From the NCBI GenBank assembly GCA_963722075.1, contig CAVRJM010000001.1, positions 1,088,001-1,152,000 of the forward strand: a DNA stretch of 64,000 nucleotides, given 5' to 3'. Below, piece after piece: positions 9,727-19,632 of the stretch (its first letter is position 1; the number at the start of each line of letters is the position of its first letter). A program made the translations under genes and the position numbers. Source of the DNA: Candidatus Babeliales bacterium (GTDB lineage: Bacteria; Babelota; Babeliae; Babelales; JANWKD01). Below the pieces are notes generated by a model, which had not been told where the DNA came from, did not search any database, and saw only the letters and a program-made list of their open reading frames with translations.

Positions 9727-10371
9727 ATGTATTTACAAGAAATTTCAATTCCAATAGGTAACTCTTATATCAAGGGTGATTTAACACTTCTACCAGATTC
9801 AAAAGCCTTAGTTATTTTTGCTCATGGCAGTGGCAGCAGCAGATTAAGTAAACGAAATCGCTTCGTTGCCGAATTTTTAAATATAGGGAATATCTCAACA
9901 TTATTATTTGATTTATTAACGCCACAAGAAGATGCTATTGATCAGCGCACTCGACAATTTCGATTTGATATTCCTCTTTTAGCAGATCGCCTCATTACCG
10001 TAACACAATGGTTAAAATCGCACCCATCAACTGCAGCTGCGCAATTGGGTTATTTTGGGGCAAGTACTGGTGCAGCAGCTGCATTAATTGCCGCAGCTCG
10101 GCTACCACAAGAAATTTCAGCGGTTGTTTCTCGCGGCGGCAGACCCGATTTGGCCGGCAATTATTTGCCTAAAGTAAAAGCACCTACCTTATTACTGGTG
10201 GGCCAATTAGATCATGATGTTATTACATTAAACGAAGAAGCATTAGAGCAACTAACCTGTACTAAAAAAATAACTATAATCCCAAAAGCAACACATCTTT
10301 TTGAAGAGGCAGGAACCTTAGAAGAAGCTTCAAAAGTGGCACTTGAATGGTTTTTAAAATATCTAACATAA
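9727..10371 (+). CDS. Dienelactone-hydrolase-like alpha/beta hydrolase
   Basis: FAHGSGSSR, GYFGASTG, VSRGGRPDLA and HLFEE motifs. Confidence 0.9.
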   Translation: MYLQEISIPIGNSYIKGDLTLLPDSKALVIFAHGSGSSRLSKRNRFVAEFLNIGNISTLLFDLLTPQEDAIDQRTRQFRFDIPLLADRLITVTQWLKSHPSTAAAQLGYFGASTGAAAALIAAARLPQEISAVVSRGGRPDLAGNYLPKVKAPTLLLVGQLDHDVITLNEEALEQLTCTKKITIIPKATHLFEEAGTLEEASKVALEWFLKYLT

Positions 10372-10382
10372 AAAGGGGCACC

Positions 10383-11207
10383 ATGCCAGAAATACCAGAA
10401 CTTGAAGCATATAAATATGTCGTCAAAAAATGTCTTCATAAAAAAATTACTGACATACAATCTTCAAATAAAAAATTAATAAAAAATAATTTTTCTGATT
10501 TTAAAAAACAGCTTATTAATCATGCATTTAGCGATGTCAAAAGAAAAGGAAAATATTTAGAAATAAGCAGTGCAAATTACCATGTGGTTATGCATTTTGG
10601 TTTAACGGGATTTGTTATTTACTCAAAAGATAGTGAAGAAAAAATCAAATTTAGCCGTGTTACATTTATTTTTAATGACGATTCAGTACTACATTGGATT
10701 AGTATTCGGCAGTTTGGTAAAATATGGCTCGTAAAAAATGGCCAAGAACTTAAAGAGCTCAGCAAGCTAGGTGCTGATGCCTTAACAATCTCAAAAAAAG
10801 AATTTCTCAGCCTTACAACGCAATATCAAACCAAAAATATTAAAGCTTTTTTAATGGATCAATCCATTATAGCAGGTATTGGCAATGAATATTCAGATGA
10901 AATTTTATTTCAGGCAGGTATTGATCCACATCATAAAATAGCAGATCTTTCGCAACGTTCTTGCTTAGAAATCTACAATCAAATTAAAAAAGTTTTAAAA
11001 TATGCCATAACGGTTCGGCTTAAGGATATTAAAAAAATGCCTGAGCAAAACTTTTTTGCAAAATCGAATAGAAGCACGTTTAAATCTTCATATCTTCAGG
11101 CTCATAGGCATATTGATATGGTTTGCCCTCATAATAAAAATCATGTATTAAAAAAAGCAACCATAGCCGGAAGAACAACCTATTATTGCCCTAAAGATCA
11201 GAAATGA
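10383..11207 (+). CDS. Fpg/Nei family DNA glycosylase
   Basis: MPEIPE start, RKGK, HFGLTG, H2TH motif GIGNEYSDEILF, degenerate C-terminal zinc finger. Confidence 0.9.
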   Translation: MPEIPELEAYKYVVKKCLHKKITDIQSSNKKLIKNNFSDFKKQLINHAFSDVKRKGKYLEISSANYHVVMHFGLTGFVIYSKDSEEKIKFSRVTFIFNDDSVLHWISIRQFGKIWLVKNGQELKELSKLGADALTISKKEFLSLTTQYQTKNIKAFLMDQSIIAGIGNEYSDEILFQAGIDPHHKIADLSQRSCLEIYNQIKKVLKYAITVRLKDIKKMPEQNFFAKSNRSTFKSSYLQAHRHIDMVCPHNKNHVLKKATIAGRTTYYCPKDQK

Positions 11208-11313
11208 AAATAAATGATTCAGTGGACAGATTTTATTGCCAATACGTTTTATTTATCTTATATTTACTTATCTTTTTTATCATCCATAAGCTCCTGATAA
11301 GGTAAATAAACCT

Positions 11314-12063
11314 ATGAAATTTAAATATATAATTTTAGTATTTCTTACTATTTTTTCTGCTCATGCGCACTTAGTTCACATTAATTCCATTAAAGAAGTA
11401 ATTACGTATTTGGATTCAAATAAAAACGTTATGGTTGTTTTTGATATTGATAATACGCTTTTACATCCTAAAACCGATTTAGGATCAGACCAATGGTTTT
11501 GCAATGAATTACAAAACCACGTAGCACAGGGACTTGATCATACCCGCGCACTTGCTCATGTATTGCCCCTTTATTTTCATATCAATCATAATATTGAATT
11601 AGTTACTACCGAAGAAAATTTACCTGAAATTGTCTCTATTATTCAAAAAAAATGTGCCCACGTTTATTGTCTAACAACCCGTTCGCTTGATTTGGTTGAA
11701 AAAACAATAGAACAATTAGAAAAAAATAACTTACATTTTAAATCAACCATTCAAGAATTTTTTCTCCCTTTGCCACACACCTGTTTTTATAAATCAAATA
11801 TCCTTTTTTGCGGTAAAAATGATAAAGGAACCGTGTTATCAACGTTTTTAGATACCATTAATTATCAGCCTGATAGTATTATTTTTGTTGATGATAAAGA
11901 ATCGCATCTACATTGTGTATTAGAAGCTGCTCAAAAAAGAGATATTGAATATATTGGGTTACGATATGCAGGTTGTGACGAACGAGTAAAAAGTTTCAAT
12001 AGAGAATTAACTGAACAAGAGCTACAGCTTTTCTTATCCAACCATCCGTTAGCATCCTATTGA
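11314..12063 (+). CDS. Secreted HAD-like protein (DUF2608-like)
   Basis: Signal peptide; VFDIDNTLL, GSDQWF and IIFVDD motifs. Confidence 0.75.
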   Translation: MKFKYIILVFLTIFSAHAHLVHINSIKEVITYLDSNKNVMVVFDIDNTLLHPKTDLGSDQWFCNELQNHVAQGLDHTRALAHVLPLYFHINHNIELVTTEENLPEIVSIIQKKCAHVYCLTTRSLDLVEKTIEQLEKNNLHFKSTIQEFFLPLPHTCFYKSNILFCGKNDKGTVLSTFLDTINYQPDSIIFVDDKESHLHCVLEAAQKRDIEYIGLRYAGCDERVKSFNRELTEQELQLFLSNHPLASY

Positions 12064-12080
12064 TATGCACAGTTAGCACA

Positions 12081-12140
12081 TTAAATAGAGCAGTGGGCTA
12101 TAGTTATATGAAAATTCTATGGGGGAAACCTTAATATAAG
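12081..12140 (-). repeat. Diverged copy of the 3' end of the 12952..13395 gene
   Basis: TTAAATAGAGCAGTGGGCTATAGTTATATGAAA at 12081 versus TTAAATAGAACAATGGGCTATAGTTATATGAAA at 12952. Confidence 0.85.
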
Positions 12141-12185
12141 GGCTGCGGTAATCTGATATGATTATTTGTTTACGTTTCCAGCAGC

Positions 12186-12890
12186 TTAAGACTGTGGCAA
12201 CTCTAATGGATACGTATGTTGATCTTTTTTGACAATCAGTGAGCAGCCTAATGCCTCCATAATTTTTAAGAAGCTTTGTAAAGTAATATTAGTTTTAGTT
12301 CCAGAACGAATGCCCTGTACAATTGCCGATGACAAACCTGCTTCACGAGCTAACTGTCTTACTGAGATTTCATCCTCCTTCATAAGAGCTAGAAGTAATT
12401 CTGATAAAACAAGATCTCGATAACCTTCATCAAATTTTTTCTTACGTTCAGGACTCATTTTTGCAATATGACGATCATATGTCGTTTGAACATTTTTACT
12501 ATTTTTTTTGGTCATAATATATGCTCCTTTAACTCGTTCAACATAATCAAATCTATAATTCAATGCTCTACTTTTTTCTTTTTGGGGTAATTTATCTGTT
12601 TTCTTTTCAAAAGCGTTTGTTACAATTATATTTGATCCTTTAACAAAGAAGCATAAGAATCTATCGGGTGAAGGTTTAAAAGCATAGATCTGATCATCTT
12701 CGTTCCTAAATTTCTCAATATTATGAATATGGCCTGTATTTGCAATAAGTTTAAATAGATACAGTATTTTATCTTGTCTAATTTCATCTAAGTTTTCATA
12801 ATATTGATGGGATTGGCTTTTTCCTTTTGAATCATAATACCATTCTATGGTAAATTTAGGTCCAGCATATGCTATAAATTCTTTTTTCAT
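12186..12890 (-). CDS. Type II TA module: RelE/ParE (HigB/Gp49-like) toxin fused in frame to an HTH antitoxin (antitoxin part 12186..12515)
   Basis: Toxin half has IYAFKP..DRFLCFF..IIVTNAFEKKT. Antitoxin half has an Xre HTH (ISVRQLAREAGLS...NITLQSF) with its own AAAGGAG RBS before the ATG at 12515. Confidence 0.85.
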   Translation of the reverse strand: MKKEFIAYAGPKFTIEWYYDSKGKSQSHQYYENLDEIRQDKILYLFKLIANTGHIHNIEKFRNEDDQIYAFKPSPDRFLCFFVKGSNIIVTNAFEKKTDKLPQKEKSRALNYRFDYVERVKGAYIMTKKNSKNVQTTYDRHIAKMSPERKKKFDEGYRDLVLSELLLALMKEDEISVRQLAREAGLSSAIVQGIRSGTKTNITLQSFLKIMEALGCSLIVKKDQHTYPLELPQS

Positions 12891-12951
12891 TGAATTCCAT
12901 TTTGCTAATTACTTTCTAAAATCGTATCATTTAAATGCTACAAAGTCAAGA

Positions 12952-13395
12952 TTAAATAGAACAATGGGCTATAGTTATATGAAACTCTATTGGAAAGCCT
13001 TTATATACTGGTTTTTGCGATAAGCCGTAATCGGCACGCAGCTGGGCTAATGAAGGTATAGTTACCATTAATACAAAATATCCTTTTTTTCCTAGCATCA
13101 CGTAACATAAATTTTCAATTGAAAAGCCATGCGTTTTACCTAAATCTTCTGGTTTTACTACTACGTGTTCATCGGGGTAAAAAATAGTAACATGCGCTCC
13201 TGCTGATTTAGCTTCAGAAAAATAATCTGGCTTTTCTATGGAAAGATTTGTATCCAAAAAATCGTAGAGCTGATGAATATACTCATCAGTAATCTTCAAA
13301 TACGCATAAAGGTCTTTTTGCATAAGCGTACCAGTAGCATTAAGCATATGCGCTTTTTCTAGTAATGGTTCATTAGTGAGTGTAGTTATTAACAT
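12952..13395 (-). CDS. 2H-phosphoesterase-like protein
   Basis: Two HxT motifs (AHVTIF, FHITIA). Confidence 0.6.
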   Translation of the reverse strand: MLITTLTNEPLLEKAHMLNATGTLMQKDLYAYLKITDEYIHQLYDFLDTNLSIEKPDYFSEAKSAGAHVTIFYPDEHVVVKPEDLGKTHGFSIENLCYVMLGKKGYFVLMVTIPSLAQLRADYGLSQKPVYKGFPIEFHITIAHCSI

Positions 13396-13520
13396 ACGAA
13401 ATAAAGTTAGGATTATTTACCATATTCCCATTCAGATCACAAATATAGTCTTGTCAAAAGATACTTATTTCTGTCACATTTTAATTATTATATATTTTAA
13501 TCAAGAAATGGTATCGGTAA

Positions 13521-14210
13521 ATGAAAAAATTATTTTTACTATTATTTTTATGCAATGTAACAAACCAACACTCGTTATTCTGCGTTAAAAAGGACTCGCG
13601 AATGACAAATAAAAAAGAAGAATACGAAATTCCATTAACCGAAGATTTAATGCGCGAACATGGTATTTTGAATCGTGTCTTATTAATTTATGAAGAGATT
13701 ATTAAACGAATTGATGCTAATACTGATTTCTCAGTTACCACGCTTAAAAATGCGGTAACCATAATAAAATCTTTTATTGAAGATTATCACGAAAAACTCG
13801 AAGAAGATTATGTGTTTCCACTTTTTGAAAAACACAAAAAAGAAATACGACTCATCAAAACATTAAAAAATCAACACAACAAAGGCCGCGAGATTACTGC
13901 ACAGCTACAAAAAATAATCGCCAAAGAGCCTTTGGAACCAAAAAATAAAAAGCTCATAAAAAATTTGTTATATAAATTTATTAGAATGTACCGTCCTCAT
14001 GAAGCCCGTGAAGATACGGTTCTTTTTCCTCAAGTGCGTTCACTAATAAGCCAAGAAGAGTTTAAGGAACTTGGTGAGCGCTTTGAAGATCTTGAACATA
14101 AGCTATTTGGTGAAAATGGTTTTGAAACCATGGTACAAAAAGTAGCAGATATCGAAAAAGAGCTTGGAATTTACCAGTTAGAGCAATTTACCCCACAGCT
14201 AGAACAATAA
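13521..14210 (+). CDS. Hemerythrin HHE domain protein
   Basis: LMREH, HEKLEEDYVFP, QH and HEAREDTVLFP motifs. Confidence 0.85.
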   Translation: MKKLFLLLFLCNVTNQHSLFCVKKDSRMTNKKEEYEIPLTEDLMREHGILNRVLLIYEEIIKRIDANTDFSVTTLKNAVTIIKSFIEDYHEKLEEDYVFPLFEKHKKEIRLIKTLKNQHNKGREITAQLQKIIAKEPLEPKNKKLIKNLLYKFIRMYRPHEAREDTVLFPQVRSLISQEEFKELGERFEDLEHKLFGENGFETMVQKVADIEKELGIYQLEQFTPQLEQ

Positions 14211-16730
14211 CTATAGTTTATTTTTAAAGCGTACTATCTTTCCTATTTCTATCCAAAAAGTTGTACAACTAACAATGATTATTAATTCAATCCATAAAGA
14301 AATTGGCAACCATGTTGTTTTTAAATAAGAATAAAGCCAAGGGACCACCGTTATTACGATTGATAATAAAATCATCGCCAGCAACCAAAATGTCCCAAAA
14401 TAATTTGAAAAAATTCCTTGTTTAATTAAGGGAAGTTCTTCTTGCTTCAAATTTAGTGCTAACAAAATATGCCCCAAAAGCCAGGCAACAAATGCAGCAG
14501 TTTGAGCTACCGTTAAATCATAGTGTTGGTATGTTCTTAAATAGATAAATAGAATCCCTAAAGCAAGTGGTACGCTATTTTGTATAATTTTTATAATCAA
14601 CGGCCTTCCCAGAAAACTTTTTATGCGTTGAACAGGTTTTTCCATAATGCCAGGCTCAGCCGTTTCAGTTACAAATATTGTTGAAGAAGCTAAATCCATG
14701 AGCAGCTCAATTAAAATTATTTGAATAGGTGCAAAAGGAAAAGGAATTCCTAAAAAGAGTGGTATTAAGAAAATAATTAAAAGAACACATTTAGCAGATA
14801 AATAATAAGAAAGACCTTTCTTGAAATTATCCAGAGCTCTTCTACCAATTGCAATTGCATCAGGAACATGTACATAATTATCATCAGTTAAAATTAGATC
14901 TGAAACTTCTTTTGCTAAATCAGTTCCAATCTGACCCATAACAATGCCTACCTGTGCTGCTTTTAATGCTGGTGCATCATTAACGCCATCGCCAATTACC
15001 GCTACAATTTCATCTTCTTGCTGCAGCAATCTAACAAGACGTAATTTTTGTGAAGGATCCATGCGCGCAAAAATACTCGATTGTTTAAGCTTTGAAACAA
15101 ACTCTTTATCATCCATTGTATCAAATTGATCACCCGTGATTACTTCACCTGATATGCCTACTTGCGCCGCTATTGCTTGGGCAGTTGCTTTATGATCTCC
15201 CGTTACAATAAAGGTGCGTACATATGCTTTTTCTAATAGAGCAATCGCTTCTTTAACACCAGGGCGTACTGGATCGCTAATAACGGCAAGTGCCACAAAA
15301 GTAAGATCATTAAGATCATCTAATTGTTTATTATTATTTTCTAAAAAAGCGTATGCCGTTACCCTTTTACCTAACCCCGCCTGTTTTTGTGCTTCACCTT
15401 TCAAGACATTCTTTTTATCAGTAGGTAATGTTGATTGCTCAATTATTATTTCCGGACTACCGGCAACTGCATGTATAATAGTTTTATTTTTTTGATAGAG
15501 TAAATCACGCCACGGTTTATTATCTGAAAATCCAGTAAACCCTATTTGATTAAAATGCTTTTTTTTGTATTCGAGTGCTTCAAAAACTGCTTTATCAGTG
15601 GGATCACTATAATAATCAGGAAGGGCGAGCATTATTTTTCCTTGCATGCGCTCCGATAATTTTTTTATTTCACCATCGATCGTATAAAACGATTCAAGAA
15701 CCATAGTACTTTCAGTTATCGTTCCTGTTTTATCACTAACAACGGACGTCACTTGTCCAATTATTTCAACACCACGCAAACGCTTTACAATAACTTGTTT
15801 TTTGGCAAGAACGAAGGCAGCAAGCGCCAAGGCCATTGTTATTATAATGGGCGGTTGTCCTGGAATCATCAAAAAAGTAAGCGACAACCACGTAAGAATC
15901 ATTTCTTGCAGGCCTAAACCCCTCAAAAAACCAATGGCCGGAATAAGAGCACTCGCCAATAAAGCAAAGATAGCTAGTACTTTTGCAAGCTTAGTCATCG
16001 ATTCTTGTAATACTGTTTCCTCCTTGTGCGTTTCTTGTACTTGGTGGGCGATTTTTCCAAATTCACTCTTTTGGCCTACACCAATTGCAATCGCCGTTCC
16101 TTCACCATTCAACACCGTAGTTCCTGAAAAAACAGTATTAATACGTTCTGCTAATGGAGTTTGTTGATTTACCATTGCATCGGCATTTTTTTCAACAGGC
16201 AATGATTCACCCGTCAGCGAAGCCTCATTAACAATCAACCCATGCGATGAAAGCAATCGTGCATCAGCAGGAATAAATACCCCTTCAAAAAGAACTAAAA
16301 TATCACCTACCACAACATCACTTGTTTTTATTTTAGTTGGCTTACCATTTCGAATTACCATGGTGGTTGGTGCTGAAAGGTTTTTCAGCCGAGCCATTAT
16401 GTTATCTGCTCTATATTTATTTATGAATTCAATGGCGATGTACGCTGCAACTACCCCTATCATCGCGAGCGCTTCAACATATTTTCCAAACACCAAAGAA
16501 AGGAGCGCTATACTTAATAATAAAAGCATCATAGGTTCTTTGATGCCCTCAACAATTAATGCCAGTACTGTTTTTTGTTTGCTTTCAATGAACGTATTTG
16601 AGCCAAATTTTTTTCTAGATTCGGTTACTTGGGCATCAGATAATCCCTGTTGCGGAACCACCTGTAATAACGCAAGAATTTTCTCTTTTGGAACACTCCA
16701 CCATGGCATTTTAGTACTAGTATCATTCAT
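14211..16730 (-). CDS. P-type cation-transporting ATPase (P2-type)
   Basis: LTGES, DKTGT, TGD and GDGVNDAPAL motifs. Confidence 0.95.
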   Translation of the reverse strand: MNDTSTKMPWWSVPKEKILALLQVVPQQGLSDAQVTESRKKFGSNTFIESKQKTVLALIVEGIKEPMMLLLLSIALLSLVFGKYVEALAMIGVVAAYIAIEFINKYRADNIMARLKNLSAPTTMVIRNGKPTKIKTSDVVVGDILVLFEGVFIPADARLLSSHGLIVNEASLTGESLPVEKNADAMVNQQTPLAERINTVFSGTTVLNGEGTAIAIGVGQKSEFGKIAHQVQETHKEETVLQESMTKLAKVLAIFALLASALIPAIGFLRGLGLQEMILTWLSLTFLMIPGQPPIIITMALALAAFVLAKKQVIVKRLRGVEIIGQVTSVVSDKTGTITESTMVLESFYTIDGEIKKLSERMQGKIMLALPDYYSDPTDKAVFEALEYKKKHFNQIGFTGFSDNKPWRDLLYQKNKTIIHAVAGSPEIIIEQSTLPTDKKNVLKGEAQKQAGLGKRVTAYAFLENNNKQLDDLNDLTFVALAVISDPVRPGVKEAIALLEKAYVRTFIVTGDHKATAQAIAAQVGISGEVITGDQFDTMDDKEFVSKLKQSSIFARMDPSQKLRLVRLLQQEDEIVAVIGDGVNDAPALKAAQVGIVMGQIGTDLAKEVSDLILTDDNYVHVPDAIAIGRRALDNFKKGLSYYLSAKCVLLIIFLIPLFLGIPFPFAPIQIILIELLMDLASSTIFVTETAEPGIMEKPVQRIKSFLGRPLIIKIIQNSVPLALGILFIYLRTYQHYDLTVAQTAAFVAWLLGHILLALNLKQEELPLIKQGIFSNYFGTFWLLAMILLSIVITVVPWLYSYLKTTWLPISLWIELIIIVSCTTFWIEIGKIVRFKNKL

Positions 16731-16870
16731 ACACGCGCTCTTTTCTCATTAACTAAATAAATTTCTACATTCAAATAAACTTACAATTATTCGATTAATT
16801 GAATTAAGAGTTTTTTATAAAGTAAAATTAGTAATATATGAACGAAATGAAAAACAAAGGAGAAAAGAAC

Positions 16871-17551
16871 ATGAAGATACTTATGGTACTCACCTCCCAT
16901 GACCAATTGGGTAACACCGGCCGCAAGACCGGCTTCTGGCTAGAAGAATTCGCGGCCCCCTATTATGTATTCAGGGACGCTGGCGTTGAATTAACATTAG
17001 CCTCACCAAAAGGTGGGCAACCTCCCATTGATCCCAAAAGTGATCTACCAGAAAACCAAACTCCTGCCATGTTGCGGTTCAAGCAGGATAAAATAGCGCA
17101 AAAAGCACTTTCCCAAACGCTCAAGCTTGCCGATATGAAGGCAGAAGATTTTGATACCATATTTTATGTAGGCGGCCATGGCCCTATGTGGGATCTTGTG
17201 GATAATCCTGATTCCATAGCGCTGATTGAATCTTTTTACGATTCAGGCAAGCCGGTTGCTGCAGTCTGCCATTCACCAGCAGTGTTCCACCGAGTAATCT
17301 ACAAGGGCGCTCCACTGGTAAAGGGCAAGCACGTTACGGGCTTCACTAACGGTGAAGAGGAAGCAGTTCATCTTACTAAGGTGGTACCATTTCTTGTTGA
17401 AGATGAACTGAAAAGATTGGGTGCTATCTATGAAAAAGGGCCCGATTGGCAAAGCTTTGTAGTTGTTGATGGTCGACTTGTTACCGGACAAAATCCCGCA
17501 TCGTCTACCGCCGCAGCGCGTGCGCTTTTGAATCTATTTGCAAAGAAATAA
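16871..17551 (+). CDS. DJ-1/PfpI (type 1 glutamine amidotransferase-like) protein
   Basis: MKILMVLTSHD, TGFWLEE, GGHGPMWDL, AVCH and TGQNPAS motifs; AAGGAG RBS. Confidence 0.92.
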   Translation: MKILMVLTSHDQLGNTGRKTGFWLEEFAAPYYVFRDAGVELTLASPKGGQPPIDPKSDLPENQTPAMLRFKQDKIAQKALSQTLKLADMKAEDFDTIFYVGGHGPMWDLVDNPDSIALIESFYDSGKPVAAVCHSPAVFHRVIYKGAPLVKGKHVTGFTNGEEEAVHLTKVVPFLVEDELKRLGAIYEKGPDWQSFVVVDGRLVTGQNPASSTAAARALLNLFAKK

Positions 17552-17637
17552 TCCATATTTTACCCCATCAATGGAGGATAAAGCCGCTCGTTGTATATTA
17601 ATTTGAAAGTTAATGCGCTTTTAGTCAAACTGGTGGT

Positions 17638-17924
17638 TTATCTATCGTTTATTAGCTGAACAATCTCTTTATAACCTTTACGTTTGGCAATCTGCAAGGC
17701 TCTATTTCCCTGAACATTTGCAATATCAGGATTAGCACCCTTATCAAGAAGTAACTTTGCAATATCTTTATGACCCTTTTTAGTAGCTTTTATCAAACCT
17801 GAAGTAGTTGTAGGAGGTGAACCCCCGCCCAGGCAGTACTGTTAGGATCAGCACCCTCATTAATAAGCAACTCTACAATATCTTTATCGCCTTTTCCGGC
17901 CGCTTGTACTAAAGCGTAACCCAT
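17638..17924 (-). pseudogene. Frameshifted ankyrin repeat gene
   Basis: Frame 1 reads ALVQAAGKGDKDIVELLINEGADPN. Frame 2 reads GLIKATKKGHKDIAKLLLDKGANPD...ALQIAKRKGYKEIVQLI*. The shift lies near the G5 run at 17822-17826. Confidence 0.75.
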
Positions 17925-18126
17925 ACTATGTTTTCTAAATGTGGAATTGGTAGCAAGTAGTAATTTTGGAACGACGTTTCATCAAAAGATTTAAGAGCCG
18001 CTAGTATTGCCTGCCCTTGCTGGGCCTTATCAGAATTATAGGTAAAGCCTATGCCAAGTTTTTAGTAGCAATCCAGCAAACATTAATAAATTGATATTTT
18101 TTATATATTTTATGATTGAACCTTAT

Positions 18127-18822
18127 TTACTTTAAGACTTCGCCCTGTTTTCTTAGATAATCTCTAATAACATTAGCAATATTGGTATATTTTTCAGCAT
18201 CATAACCATAAAATTCAGCATAATATTCAACAAGTTCAAGCGCTGTTTGGCCTGAAATCTCTCTAAGGCTGAGATCAGTACCTGCAGCCATAAGAACTTT
18301 AACAGTTTCGACATGGCCTCCATGTGTAGCGCACATGAGCGCTGTTTTATACACACAATCTTGGGCATTAACTTCAGCGCCCGCAGCTATGAGAGCCCTA
18401 ACAGTATCAGTATGGCCTTCTTCTGCAGCTTTCATGAGCGCTGTCTCATAAGCACGACCTCTAGCATGAATATTAGCACCTGCAGCTATGAGAACCATAA
18501 CAGTATCAGTATGGCCTTTTCGTGCAGCAATCATAAGAGCATTGCCTAACAGAGTTTCAGCATTAACCTTAGCTCCTGAAGCTAGAAGAATTTTGACAAT
18601 ATCAGTATGGCCGTTCCTTGCAGCAAGAGTGAGTGCTGTATCTTTCCAATAATTCCCATCTACGGCGTTAACATTGGCACCTGCGGCTATACGAGCTTTA
18701 ACATCTTCAATATTGCCATTCTGCGCAGCCCTCATGAGGTCATCATTGAGATCCGCAAATGCGGTAGAACTGGCAAAAAGCGCAAAGATGAGCATTAGTA
18801 AAACATTTTTAAACAATTTCAT
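18127..18822 (-). CDS. Secreted ankyrin repeat protein
   Basis: Signal peptide and about 6 TALMxAAxxGH...GAxVN repeats. Confidence 0.92.
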   Translation of the reverse strand: MKLFKNVLLMLIFALFASSTAFADLNDDLMRAAQNGNIEDVKARIAAGANVNAVDGNYWKDTALTLAARNGHTDIVKILLASGAKVNAETLLGNALMIAARKGHTDTVMVLIAAGANIHARGRAYETALMKAAEEGHTDTVRALIAAGAEVNAQDCVYKTALMCATHGGHVETVKVLMAAGTDLSLREISGQTALELVEYYAEFYGYDAEKYTNIANVIRDYLRKQGEVLK

Positions 18823-19099
18823 AGTAAACCCAATAAAATAACGGATTTGAAAAATTCTACCCAATTAATTAGCAATCAAATAACTAGCTCCAAAATTCGC
18901 TAGAATAGCGGTGATCAAAGAAAACGCCGGCGAAAACAATTTGCCTTATTATTTTTGGAAAGTCAAACTGGAAATGACTAATCAGCTATCGTAAAGTGTT
19001 TTGATTCTCCATAAAATGATAGTCTTTATGGAGACCAATTACTGTTAAAAACAAATTGGGCAAAATCTAATTAGAAAAATTATTTATGGATTTAGACAA

Positions 19100-19516
19100 A
19101 TGACCAAGCCACATAAAAAAGTTACTGCAGCAATCATAACAAGAGATAATAAAATTCTTATAGCACAACGTGCAAAAAAGGATGAGCTTTACGGTAAATG
19201 GGAGTTCCCTGGTGGAAAAATGGAGCCAGGAGAAACCGAACAAGAATGCTTAAAAAGAGAGCTATTGGAAGAGTTTGGTATTGAAGTTGAAATTGGCGAA
19301 TATGTATGTTCAAGTTTTTTTGTATATAACGGTACACCAATGGAAATGTTAGCTTATTATGTTACTTTGATTTCTAATGATTTCGTTCTTTACGAGCACC
19401 AACAAATTAAATGGGTTGAAAAAAGAGATTTGCTTTTATTTGATTTTCCGGAACCTGATAAGCCTATAATTCAGAAATTATTAGAAAATAAAAATTTTAT
19501 ACTAAAATTTACATAA
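19100..19516 (+). CDS. NUDIX hydrolase, MutT/NudG-like
   Basis: WEFPGGK..GET..CLKRELLEE Nudix box. Confidence 0.92.
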   Translation: MTKPHKKVTAAIITRDNKILIAQRAKKDELYGKWEFPGGKMEPGETEQECLKRELLEEFGIEVEIGEYVCSSFFVYNGTPMEMLAYYVTLISNDFVLYEHQQIKWVEKRDLLLFDFPEPDKPIIQKLLENKNFILKFT

Positions 19517-19632
19517 TCGTTTTTTGGCAAGGGCTCCTGATTGTGACGGCTAGCTCTCTTGTTTTAAGATAGCAACTCTTTATTCTTTAACTCAATTTGT
19601 AATATATTAATTAGTAGGTAAGGAGGTTCATA

